A DNA stretch of 64,000 nt from positions 2,209-66,208 of the IMG/VR virus record IMGVR_UViG_3300047457_000974; one strand, given 5' to 3'. Source of the stretch: a virus (lineage: Duplodnaviria; Caudoviricetes). The translations under genes were made by a program, and so were the position numbers. Numbering within the stretch: the stretch's first letter is position 1; every line of letters begins with the position of its first letter. The notes under the pieces are model-generated. The model was not told the DNA's origin and made no database searches. It saw only the letters and a list, made by a program, of their open reading frames with translations. Positions 50,047-60,103 of the stretch are shown here, in pieces.

Positions 50047-51154
50047 TGCGCACCTGCACCGGCATCACCAGGTACTGGAAGCCCGAATCGTCCTCCACCG
50101 GCTCCAGCACGACCGGTGCGGTGGCTGCGTTGGCCTGCAGGACAACCTGATCGGCGCCGATCGCCTTCAGCCCCTCCAGCAGGTAGCGCACGTTGAACGC
50201 AATCGTTTCGGCCTCGCCAGTGATCACCGCAGCCAGCGACTCGGACCCGCGGCCCAGTTCCTGTGCATCGGCGCGGACGGTCACCTGGTTCCGGTCGGGG
50301 TCAATGGTCAGCTTCACCACGTTGTTGTGCGGATCAGCCAGTACCGCGACCCGATCCAATGCCGCCAGCAGCGTCCGGCGGTTGATCACGATGCTGCGGC
50401 TGAAGCCACCGGGGATCAACTGCCGGTAGTTGGGATAGGTGCCCTCCAGGATCCTGGTGGTGAGCAGCCTGTCGCCGCTGATCAGCACCGCCTGGCCCTT
50501 GTCGGCGAACAGCTGCAGGCTGCCGCCGTTGCCGCCCAGCAGACGCTCCAGCTCTCGCAGCGACCGGGCGGGGATCGTCAGCTTCAGATCACCGCCGCTG
50601 CTGGAGACGGTCAGCACCGCCAGGCGGTGGCCATCGGTGGCGGCACACTCCAGACCATCGGCACTGAGCTGCAGATGCACACCAGTGAGCAGCTGCTTCG
50701 ACTCGTCGCTGCTGCTGGCGAACAGGGTGGAGCGCAGCCCCGCCAGCAGGGCAGCCGCATCGATGGTGATCGGCGCGCCGGTCTGCTGCAGCGGCAGGTC
50801 GGGATAGTCGCTGGCCGGCATGCCCCGCAGCTCGTAGCTGCCGGACAGGCTGGTGAGCGTCGCCGTATCGTCACTGGCCGTCAGTGTCACCGGCGCAGCA
50901 TCCGGCAGGCGCGACACGATGTCCCCCAGCAGACGGGCCGGCAGGGTGATGCTGCCGCTGGTTTGCACCGCGGCGGCGATGCTGGTCTGGATGCCGAGTG
51001 ACAGATCGAAGCCCGTCAGGCTCAGCCGGCCGGTGGCGGCATCGGCGGTGAGCAGCACGTTGGCCAGCACCGGATGGGTGGGGCGGCTGGAGACGGCACG
51101 GCTGACGATCTGAAGGCTGGCGCTGAGTTCGGCCTGGGAGGTGGTGAGTTGCAT
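50039..51154 (-). CDS. dnaN: DNA polymerase III beta sliding clamp
   Basis: SRAVSSRPTHPVLANVLL, GFDLSLGI, ATDGHRLA, EGTYPNYRQLIP, IAFNVRYL, YLVMPVQVR. Confidence 0.95.
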   Translation of the reverse strand: MQLTTSQAELSASLQIVSRAVSSRPTHPVLANVLLTADAATGRLSLTGFDLSLGIQTSIAAAVQTSGSITLPARLLGDIVSRLPDAAPVTLTASDDTATLTSLSGSYELRGMPASDYPDLPLQQTGAPITIDAAALLAGLRSTLFASSSDESKQLLTGVHLQLSADGLECAATDGHRLAVLTVSSSGGDLKLTIPARSLRELERLLGGNGGSLQLFADKGQAVLISGDRLLTTRILEGTYPNYRQLIPGGFSRSIVINRRTLLAALDRVAVLADPHNNVVKLTIDPDRNQVTVRADAQELGRGSESLAAVITGEAETIAFNVRYLLEGLKAIGADQVVLQANAATAPVVLEPVEDDSGFQYLVMPVQVRNG

Positions 51155-51639
51155 CAGAACGGCACCTCGCTGGCATCGAAACCATTGGCTGCAGGCGCCG
51201 GGCTGGCCTGCCATACCGGCGCTGCTGCGGTTGCGTTACCGGAGCCGGCTGGAGCGGCAGGAGCCGGGGCCTGGCCTGCAGGCTGGCCGGCCTGGCGCAG
51301 CACGCGCCACGTCTCGGCTTTGATCACGAGCGCCACCTTTGGCTCACCATCACGGGTGGTGTACTGCTCGCTTTTGACGCGGCCGATCACCTCCACCAGG
51401 TCGCCGCGGTGGGCGTTGTCGCCGAAGGCTTGAGCCTCTTCGTTCCAGAGCTCAACCTTGAACCAGTCGGTTTTGTCCTTCTCGTCACGCTTGGCATCAG
51501 GCCAGCTGATCGCCATGCGGGCATTGCAGACGGAGCTGCCGGACTCAAAAAATCGCAGCTCGGGCTCGGCGCCGAGCCGCCCGACAAACCGGTGCGACTC
51601 GGACCGCGCCACTGTGGCGAGGATTTCAATGGCTTTCAT
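51154..51639 (-). CDS. ssb: Single-stranded DNA-binding protein
   Basis: GRLGAEPELRFFESG, TDWFKVELW, C-terminal EVPF. Confidence 0.92.
   Translation of the reverse strand: MKAIEILATVARSESHRFVGRLGAEPELRFFESGSSVCNARMAISWPDAKRDEKDKTDWFKVELWNEEAQAFGDNAHRGDLVEVIGRVKSEQYTTRDGEPKVALVIKAETWRVLRQAGQPAGQAPAPAAPAGSGNATAAAPVWQASPAPAANGFDASEVPF
51224..51245. promoter_or_regulatory. 22-bp palindromic operator inside the ssb linker, upstream of dnaN
   Basis: GCTGCGGTTGCGTTACCGGAGC. Confidence 0.65.
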
Positions 51640-52559
51640 CAGGATTCAGCGGTGGGGTCGGAATCGGTCCAAGTTGCCGGCATGTCGTCGTCGGCAGCGA
51701 TGGTCAGCGCTGCACCTGCAGCGTTAAACCGGTCGGCGGTTTCCTGCGTCACGCCGGATTTCGCCAGTCGGGCCAGGATGTTGGGCGGCAACGCATCCAG
51801 GCTGGTGGCCTCGCCGCTGCTCAGCTCCTGGCACAGGGCCAGGATGCCGTCGGGAGTCATCCCACGGGCCTCGCAGGCGCGGCGGGCACCGGCGGCCAGC
51901 TCCTCAGGGGTGCTCAGCGTGCGCTGCTGGGTGCGGTGGGGCGGCAGCTCTTCGGCGATGGTGGCGACGACCACGCCGTTCTCATCGATCTGCCCTTGGG
52001 CGCCCAGCTCCTCCGGGGTGAAGGCGCCCATGCCGCCGAGAGCATCGGGGCAGTGAGTGCGCATCCCGGCGGTGAGGCAGCGGGCGAACAGCATCGCTTC
52101 TGGATACTGCGCCCACGGGCCGGATCCCTTCACCAGGCCGGCGCGCTTGGCCATCTCCATGGTGAACGTCTCGATGCCCAGCTCCTCACGGCCGGCGAGG
52201 AACCGGATGCGGCAGACCTGCTCGGTCTTCTCCAGCACCCGGTAGTCGTACAGCGGGTGGCGCTTGATCGCCTGCGCGAGCAGGTTGGCGCCAAACCCGG
52301 GGCGGCCGTTGATCACGGTGACGCCCGCGATCGAGGCGAACGGCGCGAAACCGGCCTCAGCCCCGGCGAGGATCTTGGTGGCGCACTCGGCCATGTGTGC
52401 GTCGGGGTTGTTGCTGCGACCGAACAGGCCGGAGGCGCTAAAGATCCGCGCCAGGCGCTGCAGCTCGTCGATGCCAGACAGCCGCAGGCTGAAGCTGGCG
52501 CCCTGCTGCAGTGCCAGGGCGTTGCCGTTGGTGGTAGCCAGTGCCGATGGGGGGGACAT
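51639..52559 (-). CDS. RecT-like single-strand annealing protein
   Basis: VINGRP, FTMEMAKRAGL..GPWAQYPEAMLFAR...CPDALGG. Confidence 0.75.
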   Translation of the reverse strand: MSPPSALATTNGNALALQQGASFSLRLSGIDELQRLARIFSASGLFGRSNNPDAHMAECATKILAGAEAGFAPFASIAGVTVINGRPGFGANLLAQAIKRHPLYDYRVLEKTEQVCRIRFLAGREELGIETFTMEMAKRAGLVKGSGPWAQYPEAMLFARCLTAGMRTHCPDALGGMGAFTPEELGAQGQIDENGVVVATIAEELPPHRTQQRTLSTPEELAAGARRACEARGMTPDGILALCQELSSGEATSLDALPPNILARLAKSGVTQETADRFNAAGAALTIAADDDMPATWTDSDPTAES

Positions 52560-52684
52560 GGCGCGGTGGTGTGGTGGCCACGCAATCGTAGCGCAACGGA
52601 ACCGGAGCGGTACAGTAGGGGGCAACGTGCGTCAGTGGTACGACCATACCGCTATCCTGCAGCACGACCACCACGCCATAGCCC

Positions 52685-52903
52685 ATGATTCGCATTCACG
52701 CCTCAAACGCTATCGAAGCCGACGCCGCATGGAACATGGCAATCGGCGCCAGCTTGCCATGCGAGATTTATCTCGATGGTGCTGGATTGTTGGCTGTAGT
52801 AGAGCGTGATTCTGTCAGTCGTCAGTTGCGCCTCCGCCGGACTGCCGACGATCACGCGACAGCTCCTCGTACAGCTCTATCGGTCCGTAGTCACTCGCGG
52901 TGA
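52685..52903 (+). CDS. Hypothetical protein
   Basis: CCACCACGCC leader; divergent from the RecT-like gene. Confidence 0.45.
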   Translation: MIRIHASNAIEADAAWNMAIGASLPCEIYLDGAGLLAVVERDSVSRQLRLRRTADDHATAPRTALSVRSHSR

Positions 52904-53669
52904 GGCCTCGCAAGCCGGCGACGACGCCGGCTAATCCACACAACTCTGCCTCGATTTCGGCGCTGTCATAGCTGGTGGCGCCAATCAGTACCGACGCGAA
53001 CCGATCGCGTCGCTCTCGATCCGCTATCGGATACAGGCGCACTAAGTGCCGCACCTGATCTCGCGGTGACTCAGTGGAGACCAGTCCCAGCAGCAGCCAG
53101 CACAGCTCATCGGAGAGTTGTGGCCCTTCGTTGGGCGCCAGGATCGGGCTGGTCACGCACGGCAGATTCAGATAGCCGGTCGCTATGTCGAACCAGTCCG
53201 CTGGTCGCAGCGGTTCAGTCGGGTAGTCGGGATGCGCCAGCCAAATGGCGCGATCTAACCACTCAGCCCGTACCCTGTTTTTCGTGAGCGGGCCGAGCTT
53301 GCTGATTGCGGCGTGTTCACCTTGGGTCTGCCACAACCAGATGGCCTCATTCGCGCAGCCGCAAGCGTCGAGGTAGCGGGTTGGAATCTCGCGGCCGAAT
53401 GCGTTGCGACGCAAATGGCTGATTTTCCCATCGCTGAGCCAGCCGGAATGATCCAGCCCCCAGTCGGCAATGCGGCTCAACTGCCTGGTGGTCAGGTCTG
53501 ACCGCATGATCCAGTGGTTCAAAACGCTGGCCAAATGGGCCTTGCCACGCTGGTGGCGATCGACGGCGGGCAGGCTCGGCCGGATCCGGCGTGTGCGCTC
53601 AGCAGACGGCTCGGGAGGGTTGGACATCGGGCACGACCACGCCTCGTGAGAGGCGATCGAGATTTTCAT
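52815..53669 (-). CDS. Putative HTH-containing regulator
   Basis: LASVLNHWIMRSDLTTRQLSRIA...LSDGKISHLRR resembles an XRE-type HTH. Confidence 0.45.
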   Translation of the reverse strand: MKISIASHEAWSCPMSNPPEPSAERTRRIRPSLPAVDRHQRGKAHLASVLNHWIMRSDLTTRQLSRIADWGLDHSGWLSDGKISHLRRNAFGREIPTRYLDACGCANEAIWLWQTQGEHAAISKLGPLTKNRVRAEWLDRAIWLAHPDYPTEPLRPADWFDIATGYLNLPCVTSPILAPNEGPQLSDELCWLLLGLVSTESPRDQVRHLVRLYPIADRERRDRFASVLIGATSYDSAEIEAELCGLAGVVAGLRGLTASDYGPIELYEELSRDRRQSGGGATDD

Positions 53670-53695
53670 TCCCGTAGCGTACCGGCAGCAGAGCG

Positions 53696-54040
53696 CTACA
53701 GCCCGGCGGTGATCCGCATTGCGTCATCGATGCTCCGAGCGATTCCCGCGCGGCCGCCAGCTTGACGGACGTGATCCAGGAACGCAGCCTGCTCCGGTGT
53801 CGGCCGGCCCGTGGGGGTCTTGACCTCCACGGCGGTGAAGACGGCGATGCGCTGGCCCACCATGTCGGGCGTCACCTCGACGGTGGTGTAGCCGATCAGG
53901 TCGGCGGAGCCCTTGCACAGGCCGAAGCGCACCATGCGGCCATTGGCGTCAGGCAGGCAGCCGGTGTTGTTCCTCCACAGGCGGGCGGCACCGCGGCCGA
54001 GGGCCAGGAGGATGCGTTGCTGGAGGGCTTGCTCGGTCAC
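53696..54040 (-). CDS. VRR-NUC domain nuclease
   Basis: TEQALQQRI, WRNNTG, GSADLIG, EVKTPTGRPTPEQ; GTG start at 54040. Confidence 0.9.
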   Translation of the reverse strand: MTEQALQQRILLALGRGAARLWRNNTGCLPDANGRMVRFGLCKGSADLIGYTTVEVTPDMVGQRIAVFTAVEVKTPTGRPTPEQAAFLDHVRQAGGRAGIARSIDDAMRITAGL

Positions 54041-55422
54041 GCCACTCGGCTCCAATGCCCCTTGGCTTGCCGCGCCGCCATCACATGCTGCGCCCACCCT
54101 CGGGGGTTCTTCATGCCGCGGCGCTTGCCGACTTCCACCAGCTGCTCCAGGGTTTGCGCAGTGCCCTGCTCCGCCCGGCGCTCCCGCTGCTCGGCCTGGC
54201 GCTGCAGCTCCCGCAGCTCCCCCTCTACGTGCTGCAGCTCCCGGCGCTCGGGCGCAAACCGGTGCTGGCACTCGGGGCACACCTGCGCCTGGCTGCTGAT
54301 GGCGCTGAAGCACGCCGGGCAGACCTTGACGCTGGGAGCCGCCTCGCGCTGACGCTTGCTAATCCCCTCCAGGGTCCACTCCCGATCGTCCAGGTGGTGG
54401 CCATTCCGCAGGCAGTTGCCGACGTGATCGAGCACCACGGCCACCTTGCCGGGCTGTGGCCTGAGGCAACGGCCGATCATCTGCAGGTGCAGGCTCACGC
54501 TCTGAGTAGGCCGCAGGAGGATGCAGCCGGCGACGCTCGGCACGTCTACGCCCTCGCCGATCAGGGCGCAGCTGGTGAGCACCTTCAGGCGGCCGGCGCC
54601 CAGGTCCGCCAACCGCTGCTCCCTGGTGGCGGCGTCCATCGTGCCGTCGATGCTCGCCGCGGTGATCCCGTGGCTCTGGAACAGCTCCGCCACCGCTTCG
54701 GCGTGCGCGACTGAGCAGCAGAACGCAATCGCCGTCTGACCATTCAGGTGCTGCCGGTAGTGGCTCACCGCATCGCCCATCGCCTGGCCGCTGCGCAGCG
54801 CATCCTCTGCATCGCGCATGTCGAAGTCGCCCATCCGCTTCCGCAACCCCTGCACCTGGAAGCCCGGCGGGGCCAGGACGCGGGCCGGGGCCAGATAGCC
54901 GCGATCGGTCAGCCATGCCGGCGTGGGGCCCAGCACCATCGCTGAGTACCACTCGCCCAGGCCCCGGCCATCGGTGCGGCAGGGCGTGGCCGTGACGCCG
55001 AGCACCTTCGCGCTGGCGCAGTGGATCAGCACCGTGGCCCAGGTGCCGGCATTGCTGTGGTGGCACTCGTCAACCACCAGCAGGCGGAACCAGTCGGGCG
55101 GGATGTGGCGCAGGCGGCGGGCGATCGTCTGGACTGAGGCGACCTGCACGGGCTGGGACAGGTCCATCGATCGGCCGGCGGCGATCAGGCCATGCCGGAT
55201 GCCCATGGCCGTGAGGCTGGCGCTGGCCTGGCGCAGCAGTTCGGCGCGGTGGACCAGGATGCACACCCTGCCCTTGGTGGCTGCCTGCTGCGTGATGTAG
55301 CTGAATACGACTGTCTTGCCGCCGCCGGTCGGCAGGACAAACAGCACGGCGCGGTGTCCGGTTCCGTAAGCGTGGCGGATGGCGGCAACGGCGTCCTGTT
55401 GGTAGGGGCGGAGCTCAACCAT
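54037..55422 (-). CDS. SF2 (DExH) helicase with C-terminal zinc ribbon
   Basis: LRPYQ, PTGGGKT, DECHH, TATP, QMIGRCLR, CPAC/CPEC. Confidence 0.93.
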   Translation of the reverse strand: MVELRPYQQDAVAAIRHAYGTGHRAVLFVLPTGGGKTVVFSYITQQAATKGRVCILVHRAELLRQASASLTAMGIRHGLIAAGRSMDLSQPVQVASVQTIARRLRHIPPDWFRLLVVDECHHSNAGTWATVLIHCASAKVLGVTATPCRTDGRGLGEWYSAMVLGPTPAWLTDRGYLAPARVLAPPGFQVQGLRKRMGDFDMRDAEDALRSGQAMGDAVSHYRQHLNGQTAIAFCCSVAHAEAVAELFQSHGITAASIDGTMDAATREQRLADLGAGRLKVLTSCALIGEGVDVPSVAGCILLRPTQSVSLHLQMIGRCLRPQPGKVAVVLDHVGNCLRNGHHLDDREWTLEGISKRQREAAPSVKVCPACFSAISSQAQVCPECQHRFAPERRELQHVEGELRELQRQAEQRERRAEQGTAQTLEQLVEVGKRRGMKNPRGWAQHVMAARQAKGHWSRVA

Positions 55423-55965
55423 CGATCAAGCCCTCAATCTCCCACGTATCCCCTCGCACCGGAGACCCGCAGCTGGGGCAGAAGTTGACGCGAGGCGCGC
55501 CGGGCACCGGTTGGCCGATGACAGGGCACACAAGCTCCCCGTCGGGCGGATCAACCTGAAACCAGCCGAGTAGCGGCCGGATCTTGGGCCAGTAGTCGCA
55601 GCAGTGGTCCGCCATCACAGCCCACCCCACCGCGCCGGCACTGGCCGCAGGCCGCAGTAGCAGGCCCAGAACTCCGTCGGACCCCATCGGGTCGTCTCGC
55701 CGTCCCAGTCGCCCAGCGGCACGATGCCCGGCTGCTGGTTCAGCTCGCCCAGGGCCATGAAGGTGACGCTCTGCAACTCACCGGCTTTGCCCTGCTCCAG
55801 CTGCTGCCAGAGGCCGTAGGGCACGGGCCGGAAGCCGCGAAGCTCAGCCAGCTGCGCCGGGCCATGGATGGGCCAGTCGTTGGCCGCACGCCAGCGGACC
55901 AGCATCCAGCCGAACGCGGCGCGGTGCTTGGACTGCTCGGCCAGGAGGGTTTCGTAGGTGATCAT
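55415..55965 (-). CDS. Two hypothetical ORFs (55415-55615 Cys-rich; 55615-55965)
   Basis: Coupled ORFs between the two helicases. Confidence 0.5.
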
Positions 55966-57566
55966 CGGTCGGCCACCACATGCAGGCTCTCGGCGGCCCT
56001 GGTGATGCCGACGTAGGCCAGTTGGTTCTGCTGAGCGGTTGGCGCCGATCCCCAGCCGTCAATACTCCAATGCAGCCAGACGTTCTTGAAGGTGCTGCCC
56101 TGGCTCTTGTGGATCGTCAACGCGGACGCAGGTTGCAGCTTGCCTACTGAGTCCTTGTATTTGAAGTACAAATCCCACAGATCTCGACGGTATTCGCCCG
56201 TGGCTTCCTTTGCCATGCCTGCGATGGCTCGCTGTGCATTGTTCCACTGCTTCTCAAAATCTTTATGAATGACCTTGAAGCTGACCGGGTGGACGTACTC
56301 ACCCGGAAATGCAACCGTTAAATCCCATACCTTCCAATCGACGGGAATGTCGTCGATGCCAAGCGCTTTCGCTTGGTCGTCAAGGTAGAAGCCCGGGCAA
56401 CATGGAAGATCCTCAACTCGAAACCTATGCGTAATAACGCTTGCTTCTTTTATGATCACGTCCATGGTGCTGTTGATCAACGGTTGTCCGCCATCCGGGC
56501 CAGGAATCGCATCCACCGTCACGCATGTCATGCCAGACAGGAACTGCGGCGCCCCTGGTCCGTAGCGTCGAACGTGAATGCGATCGTTGAGATCCTCCAC
56601 GGCCTTGTTTGTCCATGCCAGCGCTCGGCAGAAGTCGGGATCACCGAGAGCCTCTGTTGATGCCGCAAGCTCCAGTAGCTCATTCAGCCACTGTTCGCGA
56701 CTGCGGTGGGCCACCACGCGAGAGCCGCCGCCTTGTGCAGCTGCAAACGGTGCGCGACCCACTGCCATCTGCCTGGTGGCCGTGGCGATGTTCAGGATCG
56801 CGCCGTCGTGACGCAGCACCTCTGTCAGCCGATACAGCGACTTCGCTTCGGTGAATGCCCGGCAGACCTGATCCTCGCCAACCGGCAGCAGCTGGCGATC
56901 GTCACCGACAAACACCACCGGCCGGCCATTCAGCTCGCGCAGCAGCAGGTCGTAAAGCTCACTGCTGAGCATTGATGTTTCGTCAACGATGACAACATCA
57001 ACCGGGGCGATTGGAACGCGCTCGCAAAGCTCTTCGTCCCACTTGTCCTTTTTGCTGAGCATGTTCTTGCCGTTCTTGTCCGGCTCAAACGTCTCCTTGC
57101 CGCTGCTTTTGTCGCGCACTTGTTTTAGGCCCAGCATCCGGTGAACCGTCACCGCCTCAAAGCCATCAGCGCCGCAGGCCAGTAGCGCTCGCTCAACCTG
57201 TGCCCGGGCCTTGTGCGTCGGCGTGGCGACCACCACACGCTTGTCGCGGTCGATCAGCGCCGAGACGAGCGCAGCGGTGGTGACGGTCTTGCCGGTGCCG
57301 GCGTAGCCGCAGAGCACCGCCCTGGCGCCGGGCTGGCCGATGTCCTGCAGGATGCCGTCGATCGCTTTCTGCTGATCGGATGTCAGCTGCAACGTTTCGG
57401 GTCGCTCGGCTGGCTCGGCCTCTTCGGCCAGCATCGCCTGGTGGGTCAGCGCGTTGTAGGCAGCGGCCGGCAATTCGCACAGCTCCTCCAACCAGTCGCG
57501 GATCGCCAGGATCTCGTTGGCGCCGACCAGGCGCCATAGCGGATTCGTATCAGGAGTGATCGTCAT
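55962..57566 (-). CDS. SF1B helicase (Dda/RecD-like)
   Basis: GYAGTGKT, TPTHKA, VDETSM, GDDRQL, TIHKSQGSTF, YVGITRA. Confidence 0.92.
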   Translation of the reverse strand: MTITPDTNPLWRLVGANEILAIRDWLEELCELPAAAYNALTHQAMLAEEAEPAERPETLQLTSDQQKAIDGILQDIGQPGARAVLCGYAGTGKTVTTAALVSALIDRDKRVVVATPTHKARAQVERALLACGADGFEAVTVHRMLGLKQVRDKSSGKETFEPDKNGKNMLSKKDKWDEELCERVPIAPVDVVIVDETSMLSSELYDLLLRELNGRPVVFVGDDRQLLPVGEDQVCRAFTEAKSLYRLTEVLRHDGAILNIATATRQMAVGRAPFAAAQGGGSRVVAHRSREQWLNELLELAASTEALGDPDFCRALAWTNKAVEDLNDRIHVRRYGPGAPQFLSGMTCVTVDAIPGPDGGQPLINSTMDVIIKEASVITHRFRVEDLPCCPGFYLDDQAKALGIDDIPVDWKVWDLTVAFPGEYVHPVSFKVIHKDFEKQWNNAQRAIAGMAKEATGEYRRDLWDLYFKYKDSVGKLQPASALTIHKSQGSTFKNVWLHWSIDGWGSAPTAQQNQLAYVGITRAAESLHVVADR

Positions 57567-57590
57567 CGGTGTGGTGGGTTGAGTGGTTGC

Positions 57591-57612
57591 GCTCTGGTTG
57601 CGACACCGGAGC
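57591..57612. promoter_or_regulatory. 22-bp palindromic operator
   Basis: GCTCTGGTTGCGACACCGGAGC, upstream of the SF1 helicase. Confidence 0.7.
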
Positions 57613-57916
57613 ATTTGCAGGCGTGGAGTGATGCGACCAGCACTGCTGCCACGCCTCCCCCTGCACCCCGCAGGGATCGCGCAGCTGCCAGCCCCACCAA
57701 TCGATGGGCAACAGGGCCAGGGCCAGGCCGGTCAGGCGGAGGGTCACAGCCGGGCCTCCATGCTCACCGTGTAGGTGCAGCCATCACGGCCGCGGGACAG
57801 CAGGCACTCCACATCCAGCTGATCGACCCGCAGGCCGGTGGCGTCGGTGAACTCCTGCAGTGCCTTGGCGATGGCAGCCTCAGCAGTGGCCTTCGCGGCA
57901 CGGGCGGTTTTGAGGT

Positions 57917-58252
57917 TCATCCCACCACCTCCCGCAGCTGCTTGCGCACCGCTTCCCAGCGCTCTGCCCTGGTGCGTTGATCCAGCCGTCGCGCCTCACG
58001 ATGTCGCGTCAGCTCTACCAGCAGGTAGCGGCCATAATTGCTCTCGACCCGGTAGTAGCCCAGGTTCGCCACGGCGGCCATACGCCGTGACACCTGCGCC
58101 TGGGACAGCCCCCACAGCTTCTGCAGCAGTCGCACAGGCGCTGCACCTGGCGCCATCCCCAGCTGTTGCAGATGCAGCAGATCCAGGATCGCTAGATCCC
58201 TGCCACGGGTGCCGTTGCGGTGGTCGTGGATGTTGATGGCGGGAATGGTCAT
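57917..58252 (-). CDS. Hypothetical HTH-like protein
   Basis: LQKLWGLSQAQVSRRM. Confidence 0.5.
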   Translation of the reverse strand: MTIPAINIHDHRNGTRGRDLAILDLLHLQQLGMAPGAAPVRLLQKLWGLSQAQVSRRMAAVANLGYYRVESNYGRYLLVELTRHREARRLDQRTRAERWEAVRKQLREVVG

Positions 58253-58545
58253 GGCTCAGCACGCAGACGATCAACCAATCGCTGCAGATACCAGGCTGCC
58301 TTCCCCGCATCCTGCGCTGCATGGCCCTTGTGGTGGAGCCGCAGCAGATACTTCAGCGCCGTGGCATGCAGGTGAGCAGCTACAGGGTCGGTGCAGTTGC
58401 CGATGGCTGCCTCGATCACGTCAATAGCTTCTACCGGCCCGTACGTGTAGTGGGGTGGATGATTGACCGGATCCGGCATGGCAAAGGGTGGGTTGATCAG
58501 GAAGCCGCCGGTGCCGGCGGCGGGGGGATACCAGGTGATGGTCAT
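58249..58545 (-). CDS. DUF3310-family protein
   Basis: DPVNHPPHY...EAIDVIE...ALKYLLR..HKG...D..KAAWYL. Confidence 0.88.
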   Translation of the reverse strand: MTITWYPPAAGTGGFLINPPFAMPDPVNHPPHYTYGPVEAIDVIEAAIGNCTDPVAAHLHATALKYLLRLHHKGHAAQDAGKAAWYLQRLVDRLRAEP

Positions 58546-59149
58546 GTGACCTCCGGCCAGTGCTGCAGCAGTTCCCGTCCAATCACACCCATGGCGGCTG
58601 ACTGGCTGGGGCAGCTGGTGATCTTCACGCCGGGATAGAGCCGATCAGGTCGTGGCCGAATCGCGCCCTCCCAGTGCTCGGTGCCAGCCTGCGGCCGGAT
58701 CACTGCAATGCACTGCCCCCACGCGGCGAACACCTGCCAGGTGTCCGGCTCGGTGGGGTGAAGCTGCCAGGCCATCACTTCACCTCCCCTGCGGCGCGAG
58801 CGGCACGTGGTGGCTCGGCCTTCATCTCCTCCACCACCTTGCGCCAGGCCTCCCGGCGATCGGGGGCCATGGTCTGGCCAGGCTGCAGCGCGGCAAACTC
58901 CGCATCCCAGGCCCTGGCGAAGCCCTTGGCCCTCTCCAGGCTGCCCATGCAGCTGCCGAGCGCCAGCGCCGTCGGGATATGCGTCAGCCGCCAGTAGCCC
59001 CGGACCGGATCGAAGGTCGCCTCGCCATTCTCTGCAACATGCAGCGGCTTGTGGATGGCGATGCCTTGGCCGGCCCAGTGCGGCCTGATCCGGACGACCC
59101 GCTCGCCAAAGTCGCGAGTCATCAGGCGGATCGAAACGGTGCGAGCCAT
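58542..59149 (-). CDS. Two hypothetical ORFs (58542-58778, 58775-59149)
   Basis: Coupled ORFs. Confidence 0.5.
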
Positions 59150-59577
59150 CAGATGAACCCCACCCACGAGGTCCGGCTGTCGACGGTGCCGCTGCCCAGG
59201 AACGCGCCGCGGAGCTGCGCGATCAAGTCGCCGCCGGCCAGCACCTCCGTGCCGCTCTGGGTCTGCCGGAAGGTGTACCGCAGGCCCCGGGCCAGGATCA
59301 GCTGGTCGCGCTGCGCCAGGCTGAAGTCGGTGATGAGCGCATACCCGCTGGCGCCATCGCCCAGGTATCCCCCGGCCACCACGAACCGATCGGCCCCGCG
59401 GCCGCCAGTCAGGGTGTCGATCTCGTTCCTGGCGCTGGCCCCCAGCTGGTGGCCGACGAGGATGTCGTCGCCATCGCCACCGTTGATCGTGTCGTTGCCG
59501 CCCAGGCCGATCAGCAGGTCAGCGCCAGAGCTGCCCGTGATGCGGTCGCGGGAAGTGGATCCGAGTTGGATGTTCAT
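59149..59577 (-). CDS. Minimal RTX (hemolysin-type Ca-binding) repeat protein
   Basis: GSSGADLLI, GLGGNDTIN, GGDGDDILV, GGRGADRFV nonapeptides, then YALITDFS..RDQL. Confidence 0.88.
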   Translation of the reverse strand: MNIQLGSTSRDRITGSSGADLLIGLGGNDTINGGDGDDILVGHQLGASARNEIDTLTGGRGADRFVVAGGYLGDGASGYALITDFSLAQRDQLILARGLRYTFRQTQSGTEVLAGGDLIAQLRGAFLGSGTVDSRTSWVGFI

Positions 59578-59626
59578 GGTTTCAGGTAGTGATTTGCAGT
59601 GATTTCACCGGCCGGCATAGTGACGA

Positions 59627-59833
59627 TCACGGCTCAATTTCGATCTCGGTAATCTCACGCTGCGGAACCATTGGCAGCAGATACCAGCCACTGGGAAACC
59701 ATCCCCAGACGCTGCCATCGCTGCACAGTGCGTACATCTCGCCGCCGGCAGCAGCGATCTGCACAACACGCCGCCGCTTCTTCGTCGCGGGCGTCGGCTC
59801 ACCTGGAAGCCAGGGGGCAGTAGCAATCGGCAT
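59627..59833 (-). CDS. Hypothetical protein
   Basis: VVQIAA...MYALCSDGSVW; CCA-rich leader. Confidence 0.55.
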   Translation of the reverse strand: MPIATAPWLPGEPTPATKKRRRVVQIAAAGGEMYALCSDGSVWGWFPSGWYLLPMVPQREITEIEIEP

Positions 59834-59866
59834 CGGTGTGGTGCGGTGGAACACGGGCGCCGTAGC

Positions 59867-59888
59867 GCTCCGGTATCGTTACCGTAGC
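59867..59888. promoter_or_regulatory. 22-bp palindromic operator at the main divergence point
   Basis: GCTCCGGTATCGTTACCGTAGC between the leftward early arm and the rightward RHH/primase operon. Confidence 0.8.
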
Positions 59889-59911
59889 ATCACCATGCAC
59901 CGAACGCCACC

Positions 59912-60100
59912 ATGGCCACCTACCCGCTGCCCCCCGGGCGCCGACAGATCAACCTGGAGATGCCAGAAGAGATGGTCCGCCATCTAGACCGACGTGCTCG
60001 CGAGCTTTCCAGCACCGCGGTTCGCTGCAGCCGAGCCAGTTACGTACGACGCCTGATCGAGGCCGACATGACGGCCAGTCAGTCCGGCACGGCGGCCTGA
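59912..60100 (+). CDS. Ribbon-helix-helix regulator
   Basis: RQINLEMPEEMVRHLDRRA...SRASYVRRLIEADM. Confidence 0.75.
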   Translation: MATYPLPPGRRQINLEMPEEMVRHLDRRARELSSTAVRCSRASYVRRLIEADMTASQSGTAA

Positions 60101-60103
60101 CCC

